A DNA stretch of 63,369 bases, counting the filler, from Rhabdomonas costata (lineage: Eukaryota), in assembly GCA_019059605.1 (NCBI GenBank). It is 37 parts of 37 records of this genome, joined end to end, with 100 filler letters (N's around TTAATTAATTAA, not from the genome) between each part and the next. Parts side by side here need not be neighbours in the genome. Positions count along the whole stretch, not along the records: positions 49,751 to 51,365 come from JAHMHO010011955.1; positions 51,466 to 53,080 come from JAHMHO010011956.1; positions 53,181 to 54,795 come from JAHMHO010011957.1; positions 54,896 to 56,507 come from JAHMHO010011958.1; positions 56,608 to 58,222 come from JAHMHO010011959.1; positions 58,323 to 59,937 come from JAHMHO010011960.1; positions 60,038 to 61,652 come from JAHMHO010011961.1; positions 61,753 to 63,369 come from JAHMHO010011962.1; 29 more parts are not named here. The stretch is one strand, 5' to 3'. Under the pieces are notes generated by a model. It was given only the letters and a program-made list of their open reading frames with translations. It was not told where the DNA came from and searched no databases. Shown piece by piece: positions 51,301-61,994 of this stretch. The translations under genes were made by a program, and so were the position numbers. The first letter of the stretch is position 1. The number at the start of each line of letters is the position of its first letter.

Positions 51301-51657
51301 GTTAATTAAGCCGTCTGAGAAATTGGAAGCTTCAATTTCTCAGACGGCTTAATTAACACCACAACNNNNNNNNNNNNNNNNNNNNNNNNNNNNNNNNNNN
51401 NNNNNNNNNTTAATTAATTAANNNNNNNNNNNNNNNNNNNNNNNNNNNNNNNNNNNNNNNNNNNNTGTGGTTTGGCTGCATCCCACAAACGCGGGCCGGA
51501 CCGCCTCTTCGGTTCCTACGAATTGTCCACTCTGCCACGGCAATCAACTTTGACGATGCAGCAGTGCAGTGCAGTGTCAGGTGTGAAAACATCGAGGCTA
51601 AGGGTGTACCAAACTAGACCCTGCATTCTTGAGGGCACCGGTACCACATGCCCGACT

Positions 51658-52718
51658 TTATTGCATTTCTCTTTCATTAAAGCTATGAGCTGCTGTTGCC
51701 CTGTCTAACATACAGACAGCTGCAGATGGCCCCGAATGGATTTTGGAGCTAGTATGGAGACCATGGTTGTGGGTGAAAATGGTTTGCAGATCAAGGTCTA
51801 TTACCAAGCACAGAGCGGGGATCAAGGACGCAGAGCCAGAGGATGGCGGCTGGTGAGAGGTAGGCTGGCTTTTCAACAGCGCCAGGGCATGCGGCAGGGG
51901 CACCAGGATGGCAGAGAGGCACTCCGTAGCCCCTTTCACGCTGCCAGGGAGGTTTACCAGCAGAGTCTGATTGCGTACACCAGCGACGGCTCGGCTAAGG
52001 CTGGCCATGGGTGTAATAGCCAGCGAGGAGACCATGATCGCGGTCATGAGGCCAGGCGCCTAAATCCCAACGCGACAGCGACGGAAGGCCAAAACCAACT
52101 GTAATCCCTGTTCCTCATCCACTCATACCAAGATTGTGACAGCGAATCAAGCTGACAAAGACAAACAAGAGCATTAGTTGTACCGGGAAAAATTAACCAG
52201 AACCCAAAGAACTACAAAAGGAACTAGAAGGGATCCCTAAATGACAACATCACAATTCACCACGCTGACACGCAACTCGAGGAACCTCTTTGGTGAGCAA
52301 GGGTCGAGTTGCCTCCGGGGTTACATCTCGTGGGGCAAAGCCGGTTCCCCCAGTTGTCAACACCAAGTCCAAGGCTGAATCAAAATTCACGCACCAAACC
52401 AAGGTCGACATTGCTTCAGTTGCTAAAGTAATACAGTGGTCGAAGCACACCTTCCTTATCACACCAGGAGAGGAGAACTTTCTGGATTTCGGAGATGTCA
52501 TCGCTCACTGTCGCCGTACGTTCCACGGTGCACTTCAGCTGGGACCGCAGCATTTCCACAATGGCTGGCCCACTCTTATCCACCGCAGTCTGCAAAAAAA
52601 AAAGCGTGCAGAAACGAAGAAAAAACAATCGGTTCGTCTCAACACTAAGTCATCAAAGGAAAAAACGCACCCCAGCAGTGCAACGGTCGCTGACGGTCAG
52701 AACTCCTGCTCTCAGCAT
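51658..52718 (-). CDS. mogA: Molybdopterin adenylyltransferase (MogA / Cnx1G / gephyrin G domain); exons 52718-52671, 52589-52451, 52374-52286, 52059-? (3' end uncertain)
   Basis: [13 protein letters not shown]...DKSGP...[21 protein letters not shown]...KEAPG...[28 protein letters not shown]...LPHAL, across three in-phase GT-AG introns. Confidence 0.95.
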
Positions 52719-53959
52719 TGTGCAGAAGAAAAGGACAGATCAAATGAATCTGCAAAATGAAGCGCCCGCAGAAATAGGCGTTATAGGCGATGCTGGCCAA
52801 AAGGACCCATGAGGGGAAAGGCACCCTGACATCAACGTAGGTCCAGTCCTTTTGATTCGGAAACCGCAGGGTGATGAATGGTCATTATTTTCCAAAATGA
52901 CCAAAACCGTGACAGTAATCATCGTCCTTCGCACACACGAGACAAATCGCCTTCCCATTTGTGATTCCCAAGCAAAAAATCTTAAATCTCGAGCGTGGCA
53001 TGATGCCCCCAATTTGCCAGAAGACCATTTGCAGAATTCTGAGTGGGGTCAGCCGCATCCTTTCCAACAAAACCCACCACNNNNNNNNNNNNNNNNNNNN
53101 NNNNNNNNNNNNNNNNNNNNNNNNTTAATTAATTAANNNNNNNNNNNNNNNNNNNNNNNNNNNNNNNNNNNNNNNNNNNNGTGGTGTGGGCTACCGTGAT
53201 CCTTCGTATTCCTCTACTAGCCGGGCTAGTACAGGTATGCTTTACAAATTGTTGCCTGCGACTTTTTATTCCTGTACACGCCTTTTGAAAGAAAGGTCAA
53301 GACCTCACGGCAGGGGAAAATCCCAGTGCAGTCAAACATGTATGGCATACCTGTACTAGCCCGGCTAGTAGAGGAATACGAAGGATCACGGTAGTCCACA
53401 CTCCTTAATACACTGTAACAGTAAGAGTGAACATGGCTGTAAAGTGGAGGTAGACATCGCTCCCTAACCCTATGAAACTTGCTGGGGGCGGAGCCCCGTG
53501 TGTGCATGGCTTCCTAACACCCCATCCAAAGTGTGCCAGGCTGGTGCAGGAGCGCCACATGTATGTCACGCATGTATATACTCCGGAATCACTCCGCGAT
53601 TCGTTTTTTTCTGTGTGTCACTACATGTTTCGGAGGCACAGGCACGAACAATGCGATGAGTGGTGAGCTTCAAGTGTGGATAAGCGCAGAAGTTTGACTC
53701 AAGATTGATGGGCAGAGTCTCTGCATTTTTGCTGACCCAAGCTATGAATTGAATGAATTGCTGACCTGAACAGCCTAAACGGAATGTTGCCAAAAGGAAT
53801 CGGATGGGACATGGCAAGAGGTTGGAGCACCACAGTTGGGTTTTCGGACACGTCTTACTACTGGTGGCAGGGATTTCCTTTCTCCCTTTCCTTTCACTCT
53901 TCTCCAATGAGATGAAGATTCGCAATGGTGCGTCCACCACCGCCATTTCTGGCGCTCAG

Positions 53960-54080
53960 GTCGCGGCAAGAACAGCAACGCCAAGAAGCCCGGTTCAAGT
54001 CCTACGGAAACCCCAAGATTCTAGAGGGAAAAGATGGCAGCCCTAGCAAGTTGCATGACTACATCAAGGGAAAGATCTCG
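53960..54080 (+). CDS. Hypothetical internal exon
   Basis: CAG- and GT-bounded frame SRQEQQRQEARFKSYGNPKILEGKDGSPSKLHDYIKGKIS. Confidence 0.4.
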
Positions 54081-56929
54081 GTGCGACTGTTACCTTCAGT
54101 CTTGTACTCTCATCTGGTTGCCCATCGTCGTAACGTTCATTTTCTGTTTTGGTGCGCCTTCGAATGCAAGCTGACTCGTTTGACATTCATACGAATGGGT
54201 AAGAAGGGGTGCATATGCCTCTGAGGTTTGTTGTCCATGTATTAGCACTATTCCGGGATGTTCTGCTGCAAAGAAAAAAGATTTGTGACACAACATTGAG
54301 CCTTGCGCAGCACCTCTGCATGGAGCGTTTGTTTCCGGAGCTTGGGGATTGTATACGCGACGTGTGACAGTACTTCTCCAGTACTTCTTAAGTTAAGCCC
54401 AAGGCGTCTGGTGTAGGAGGACGTGTTCTTCACTAGAAAAATTTTACATATTGCTAAACACCATTTTTGCGTGTACACGGTTTGCCCCTGTACGTGGTGA
54501 GATTTCAGGTCAGGAACTGATTCTCTCCCCTCGGCGTTTGCCCTCACATAAACCCATACATACACACTCACATATGCTCACATTTTCATAGTGCCCACCT
54601 CCCTTTTCTTCTTTCGTTTTTCTGTGCACGTCACACCGCTGTAATGTGGTTACCCCTCCAGTCCCACCCGATGTGCCCTCTTTTCTCCCTTCCATTTTCC
54701 TCGCGAATCCTACCGCTCCCACCTTGTCACGAAGAACCCCCAACTCTTAGCTCCTGCACCGCACCTCCTGACCTCGCCCACCACACCCAACACACNNNNN
54801 NNNNNNNNNNNNNNNNNNNNNNNNNNNNNNNNNNNNNNNTTAATTAATTAANNNNNNNNNNNNNNNNNNNNNNNNNNNNNNNNNNNNNNNNNNNNGTGTT
54901 GGAGGTCAATGCCCGATAAAGTTCCTTCAAATGAGATCTCAGAAGCTCGAGTTCTATCTACGTTCGCTTTTACATGTAGTCACATATACGCGTTTTGTTC
55001 GTATCGTGTATTATTAGCGCGGTCGGAGTCTCGTCTTATATCATGGGTTTGGTGGGACGTGTATCTGTTGGCAAGTGCTTGGCTTGTATCAAGGGCTTGG
55101 TTTGGACGTATATATGTGGTTGGCGTGCATCTCTGTTGGTGATAGTGGGTTTTGATGTGTGCTTTTTGTGTTACTGCGGATCTATGCGGGCGCGTTGTGC
55201 ATTTATCTAACGTTTCCCCGGTGTCCCTTCTTTCTCATCACGTTCCTAGACGTTCTCTTTCCTTTTGCCGGCCCCCCTCTTTCTTTCTTCTCTCTCCCTT
55301 TCTTTTTGACGGTTTTTCAGTCTGTGAACTGCACGGCCCCAACGTTGTACACAACCCATGAAAACAGTTGTGTACATTTCCTTCCGTTGCCTTCTCCTGG
55401 GCCTCGAGAAACCAAAGTTTGTTTCTGTGCCGAAACGCTTCTTATTCGACCATGCCGATTTCACTTTCCCATTCCACTGGTTTAGCATCAAACATTGTCT
55501 CAATGTTCTGATCGTTTCTCTGATCAGGGTTTGTTGAAGAGCGTTAATGGAGACGAAACAGAAAGAGGCACTACCTTCAGCAGCCACGAAATAGTAGAAC
55601 TACACCAAATACTACGTACGAAGTGCATATGTAGCTTCAGTACTACGTAAAAGTGGAGTTGAGTCAATGTAGTGTGACCGGCACTGGTTGCTCAAGTACA
55701 CCAGCTACGCTAAGGCTGAATTGGCATGTGGCGAGTCATAGTCGTACCTCACATGCTGACACGTGCATATGACCTATGACAACAACCACTTCCATAACCA
55801 GCATGAATTACGTGGATTGAGGACATGCTAAAGTGACCAAGACGCTAAGGTGTGATGATGGCTAAGGGTGGCAGCGCCGTCGTAGCCATCAACACTCTCA
55901 CTCTCATGATGCATCCACCACTTCAGTCGAGGGGTTGATGTGGTTTGAGTGGCCGCGGTCACCAAAAAATGCTCTTAATGTGTCGTTGTATCCCGAAACG
56001 TATGCTCACCTGTATCTTGCGCATGCTTACCTGATGCCACCGGTTGAGGCTCTCTACGTCAAACGCCACCCGCGATTTCCCACGACCATAAAGCGTTGTT
56101 GTTGTTGTATGCTGGGCGCTCGTCACAGCGTTCCTCGATCCAACCATAGTATACCATCATGTTGCATTGGCCATCTTTGCGGCGCGTAGAGAATGATTCA
56201 AAGGGAAGACCGCGGAGGCCGAAATGACAGAATGGACCGGTGTGAAAAAAGGCACCTGTGGGATGTCACCTTAATAATGAAAGCATATGAATACCAATTA
56301 CGTGGCACTTGCGACTTCCCCGCGTAGCCCACTCGATCCGCTCCACTCCGTGGTCCATCCCGACAAAGCTTTCGCTTTCTGAGCGCTGTAAACTCACCTA
56401 TGTGAGGAGACTTTCTTTCCACAACAGGGTTGGCAGGGTTGGCGCTTTAGCCGAGGTAAAGCCTGGCCACAACCACTCCTCGCAGCTGCCCAAGCCTGTG
56501 GACTATTNNNNNNNNNNNNNNNNNNNNNNNNNNNNNNNNNNNNNNNNNNNNTTAATTAATTAANNNNNNNNNNNNNNNNNNNNNNNNNNNNNNNNNNNNN
56601 NNNNNNNGTGGGGGGTGGTGTTCGAGTGTGAGTGTGTGTGCGTGTGCCTGGTTGGGGTGGGGCCAGAGTTGCCTTCATAACGCCTAATCGAGACCAGCGT
56701 GTTAGACCGTGATATGGATTCGAGCCGACCTCGGTGCCTGACAGTATCCGTACCAGTGTTTTCCCTTCACGCCGAGCTCAGTGTGCGTGTGCCGAATCGC
56801 ACCCATACGCAACGAAAACCGCCGCAGCTAAGCAATGTTAATAGTGTTAATCGGCCTGATTTTTTTGTAGATCCAGCCAATTTTTCGCAAAGCAGAGCTT
56901 GTTTTTGATATGCACCCCCTTCCCTGCAG

Positions 56930-58080
56930 TTTCTTTCAGAACACGCTGGGTTCATCACTGAAGGTGAAAGACGATGCCCTGAAGACGCTGCTGAAGGGTA
57001 CGTTCTCGTCCTTGTCCAAAGCTCAGTATTCTGCGCCCAGTTTTCTGGAACACTATTGCAGGCTCCGACGAGTGGACCCACTCCCGTAACTCAGCCTTTG
57101 GCTTTGATTTTCCGTTGATTGGAGTGGTCTTCGATGCCCATTCCCAGTTACCTTATGTCTTATTTCGATTGAATGGAGAACCGAAAAAGCCTCCACCCCC
57201 CTCCCCATCATTTTGACCATTTTGCCGCTGCTCTTCAGCCAGTTCTGATCTGTTGCTTGCAGGTAGTGGAAAGCTGCTGAGGTTCGGCTACGACCTTAGA
57301 ATGGAAAGCCTCAACGGCGAGTTGGTGTTTGAGCTGCGCTCATTTCCAAAGGTGGAGGACTACTACGAGATCTACAGATTTGGTTAGTCCCCTTCATTGC
57401 ACACGTCCCACTGCGACAGACTGACAGCCAGGGTTTCGTTTTACAATTGTAAAAGCTGCATTAAAATTTGCAAATGAAGGTTGTACATATGAGGATTCGT
57501 TTTCTTTTCTAAAAAATGGAGTTGGGACAGTACGAACCCAAGTTTTAGTTACATACTATTGTGAGCTGATTGGTTCCGTTGTTGAGAAGAAGTCAGAATT
57601 GTTTCGAAACATGCAAGAACGCAAATGTTTGGCGTAAAGTCATGCTAGACGTCACAGGGAGCACTTTTCCGCGCCAGTGGCAACCCGCGATTTGCCCTCC
57701 TTTCCGGTCACTGTGCCTCGCCGGACCAAGAATTTCATCACTCCCTCCACTGCGCGTCACGCATTTTCTCGGATTTTATTTCACTTCTTTTCCACTCCAC
57801 AACGTCAACCGAAAGAGCCAAATGACAAACGTTTCACTGGCCTTATCTGCATCACACACAGACAATGGGCCAACGTGCAGGCGCAAGATGTTCCCACTTC
57901 TTTCGATTCAATCATTCCTTTCCCGTGTTTTTGCAGATGGGGCTATCTTCGCGACTGGGCGGCGAACCCTTGTCCAGGCGAACTCCTCGATCCACGTCTT
58001 CTGGGGCGTTCGTGGCCCGGAGATGTTCCACATTACTGGAGATACCGCGGGATTCTGCTTCGAGGTGATCCCCAGCAGCG
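56930..58080 (+). CDS. LURP-one / Tubby-C (scramblase-like) protein, partial; exons 56930-56997, 57263-57382, 57937 to about 58080
   Basis: GYDLRMESLNGELVFELRSFPKVEDYYEIYRFDGAIFATGRR...IHVF...MFHITGDTAGFCFEV shows the beta-strand repeat pattern of LURP-one-like proteins (G..VF.., YEI...G...A, I.GD...F.F.V). Phase-1 introns are consistent. Confidence 0.6.
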
Positions 58081-58322
58081 GCATGCTCACCGTTTTTTTG
58101 TTTGAACCGAAAGTCTTTTCCAGTTGTGAGCGGTGCTTGGATCTGTATGATCAGTTTCGTATAGGGTTTGAAGCAGTTGTGGTGTGATGTGACCTCCCCC
58201 CTCCCCGTACTGCCAACACCCCNNNNNNNNNNNNNNNNNNNNNNNNNNNNNNNNNNNNNNNNNNNNTTAATTAATTAANNNNNNNNNNNNNNNNNNNNNN
58301 NNNNNNNNNNNNNNNNNNNNNN

Positions 58323-59600
58323 TGGGAGTCCCAAAGAACCCATCCCATTCCTTGCCACCTTTTTGGAATGGCATCAAAAAAAGCGATACCGGGCAACTTC
58401 ATTTGCCACGGAGAATGATGCTGACGGCTAAATACTTCCGTTATTCAAACCAGTTCTCAGATAAAGCATTATACGCAACCTCTTCTGTCACAACACTCCA
58501 TTCAAAAAGCAACACTTTATCTTTGGTAAAATAATCACTCCCTTCACTCAATAACTTACATTTAGAATTGCCATCATTCCACTATTTATCGTGGACAAAA
58601 CCGGACATTCGCCTGGTTGTAATACATTTTTCGCGCTTTCTGACAACTTAGAGGACGTGCTTTGCAAAGTTTCCAGCAACCGTTGCCTGCTCTGAACCAA
58701 CGCAGTGTTCTCTTTATTGGTGGAATTTGTTTTCGCTAGTGGAGGCGCCGATACTGCCTCCTCAGATGGACTGAGAGGCCTCCGAATGCCTTTATGTTCA
58801 ACAGGGAGCACATTCAAATCCAAACTATATTTTTTCTCCAACGTTGGCTCAACCTGTTGACATTTAGCTCCACTTTCATATGTATTTAGACTGGATTGCA
58901 CAACTGCGATCAACGTCTCTGAATTTACAACGTCGAGACAAGAGCTCTTTGCAAGCGCTAACTTCAACGTGGTCATACCCCCTTGATCCAGTTCACAATC
59001 TCTGTAAACGCGTGCAAGGCTCCCGCAGTAAAAGCATATCATGGTATGTTGGTACGGGTCTTTCGCTTCCTCCAGCCCTGACCTTGCACGCAGTGAAGCC
59101 ATATTACCTTTCTGCAGCAGGACTGTGGCCTTTCTGGAGAATTGCCTCGTTTTGGAGGAGTGAGGATCCACGGCCTTCCACTTCTCGTTGGATAAGGGGG
59201 TCTATATCCTCGACCTCTCCCCATATATCCTCCTCCACCCTGACAAAAGCCTGCATCTCAAGGGGGCGGTAAACATCACCGTTCTTGATGGGACTGTGGC
59301 CACCAAAGTTGGTGGGGCTGACACCGCAAAAAATCACTCCGTAACACAGTCGCTGAACTTTGCCATCCTCTGAACACAGGTAGGTGGGGCAAATTTACCG
59401 AGTCATCTTTATCCCCAAAAATCAAAAACGCTGTGACTCCAAAAAAACTGGGTGTATCCGTAACATATAGCATCTAAATCCAGAGAAGAGCCACCAGCTG
59501 CAACAGTTCTGTGTATCTGACCTTACAAAACAGCCAACGTCTCCTTCCAAGCCTCGAAAGGCGCTTCGTCAAACATCGTGCCCTTTAGCAGGTTGATTAC
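58323..59600 (-). mobile_element. Decayed LINE fragment: ORF1 with a degenerate zinc knuckle followed by the start of the ORF2 endonuclease
   Basis: Intronless broken ORFs include CFYCGSLARVYRDC (CX2CX4-X4C with the His lost). ILNVSY*VKG...RIML..RT.L...YRFF.CHS...RNG follows directly and resembles APE motifs I-III. Confidence 0.6.
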
Positions 59601-61994
59601 CTAAAAAACGTGCTGGTGGTAGAACTTCACGTTTCCGTCAGTGGAAACACCCAAAACGAGGCTAATTTTATCCAGATCCCGGTATGGCTCCATCTCTTGG
59701 TGCACTGCGGTCTGTCGCCGCAGCGTGGGCTATATCTTTGGTTCCTGGCCTGTGTGCGTGTGTGGAGTCGGTGATCTTTAGCTCCGCGCTTGAGGGGGCT
59801 CTTCAGCTGATGTGGGGCCGGGGTCTTGGGCAAAGGATAAAAAACGGCTCAGTGCATACATACACCACGTACCCCGCCAAAATGTGCCGCAGGTGATCCC
59901 CCGCCACCGTCCAGAACCCGAACACGCAAAACACACANNNNNNNNNNNNNNNNNNNNNNNNNNNNNNNNNNNNNNNNNNNNTTAATTAATTAANNNNNNN
60001 NNNNNNNNNNNNNNNNNNNNNNNNNNNNNNNNNNNNNTTTGTTTTTTGTTCTGACCCCTCAGGTGACACCTCGGAGGAGTGCCCCCCGGCAGGGACTGAG
60101 CTGCTCCCTGAAAACTTCCTGCCTTACGGCACCGTCAACAAAGAGAGCGTTGCTGACGACACCCGCTCCGAAGGCACTACAGCATGCCGCATACACGCAC
60201 ACGCACACACACTGGCATCCTGTCAGTGCGAATGGCTTTAGGGGTGCCTTAGATGAGATGGAGAGCTGCGCTCCTCTTCCGCAGCGTCCCTTTTTTCGAG
60301 TTAACTAATTCTTTTTACTACTTACATGTCGAATGTCGGGGGTGTTTTTTTGCGCGAGGTGTTGCCAACTGTTGTGTTTCTGGATGCAGCCCCCCCTCGA
60401 AGAAGACTCCTGAATGTGCAGCTTTTTCGGTGTGGATGGCCTTAAATTGGAATTTTGACTTCGTGAACCACCATGTAGCCGTGTGGGGGACCATGGGTGT
60501 AGCTTGCCCTCGCCTTGCTGAGCCCCCCGCCCCCGCAGTTAACCAACTGAAGAACCTTCTAAAACAGGTCACGCGCACTGGCAAAGCCATACGCCCAGGT
60601 GCCGAGTTGGAACGAAGGCAGAATCTCTTCCAGAAATTGTTCTCACTCTATGCATGGGGACATAAATGGGCAAGAAAGACACAAACGAATTTAATTTGAT
60701 ATGTGAATCCCAGACGAAGCACGACCCAAATACCACGCTGTTTTTGCATCCACCCAAACCACGCCAGTGGATATTGAAATGTAAGAACCATAAGTTAATG
60801 TTACGTATATGAACATATCATTTGGAACACCTGGTAACATGCCACATTGACTGATCAGTGTCGGGATGTTCCCTGGCTTAGCTCCACATGTCATATGTCT
60901 GTGCGGTGGGATCGGAGTGCCTTGCCCCGGGTTTGCAGACTGGAGCACGATGCCGATTCGGCACCAGCAGACCACGTGGTCCACCATCTCCAACGCCCCC
61001 TCCACTATCGCTCCCTCAGAGATGCTCGTGTCAGGTCGCTGCCTCCCCACACACACATACGCATACACGCACATGCCATGGTAGCCACAAGTCACCGCTC
61101 CTCCCCAACAATTGCAACCCGTCAGCCGCAATCCTATGGCAGTACCGTTTTTTTGAAGCCACTTTGGGATGAAGGGAAGCTCTTTACAGGCTTTTGAAGT
61201 GGACATGCGAACACCTCCTGTTTCAGAAGCTCCCATTCCCTGCCTGCTCAAGGTTTCAGACATCGCTAGGCATCGCTCCTTTGCCCAACAAAAGAACCAT
61301 TGGAATCCCGTTACAAGGCTCCTATGCGCGCTACGGGCGCACAGTGCGTGTTGAGTGTCCTACGGGCCTTCCCTTTGTCTTTTTTTTTTGCTTCCGGGCT
61401 CGGCACAGGGGAACCCGCAGGAACTCGGTCCCCTGCAGACCAACCCATGGGGGAAGCCAGCAGCGCCACGGAAGTCTCCGGAGGCGCCAGTCCAACAGGC
61501 ACCCCCCCACGCACACACCACCACTACCACCACCCTCTCCCCGTCTTCTCTAATTCCCTTTTCCAATATAGATACGCCTCACATCACGTTTAAGCTGACC
61601 TATTCCTTGCTAACCCCTGACCCAATCTCCATCCCACCATCCAACCCCCACCNNNNNNNNNNNNNNNNNNNNNNNNNNNNNNNNNNNNNNNNNNNNTTAA
61701 TTAATTAANNNNNNNNNNNNNNNNNNNNNNNNNNNNNNNNNNNNNNNNNNNNGTGAGTGTCCCCGAGTCGAGGATGTCAGGGAATCGGAGTATACCCTAC
61801 GCATAAAAGCATGAAGGCATGAGTGCGTAGCGGTCATGCCGTAATAGAGGGTAACACGTAAAGGCATCGCAGATAGAAATGCCCACTGGTCAAGAAATCC
61901 CCACCCCAGAATTCCACGTGACCTCAAGAAAGCATGAAATACCCCTACACTCACCATCACACATCAAGGCAGTACACTGTAGGACATCACCAGC

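Noticed and set aside
58066..58086. Third GC donor (G|GCATGC) in the LURP-like gene
   Set aside because: An alternative GT donor at 58066 exists and the next exon is off the contig, so this cannot be decided.
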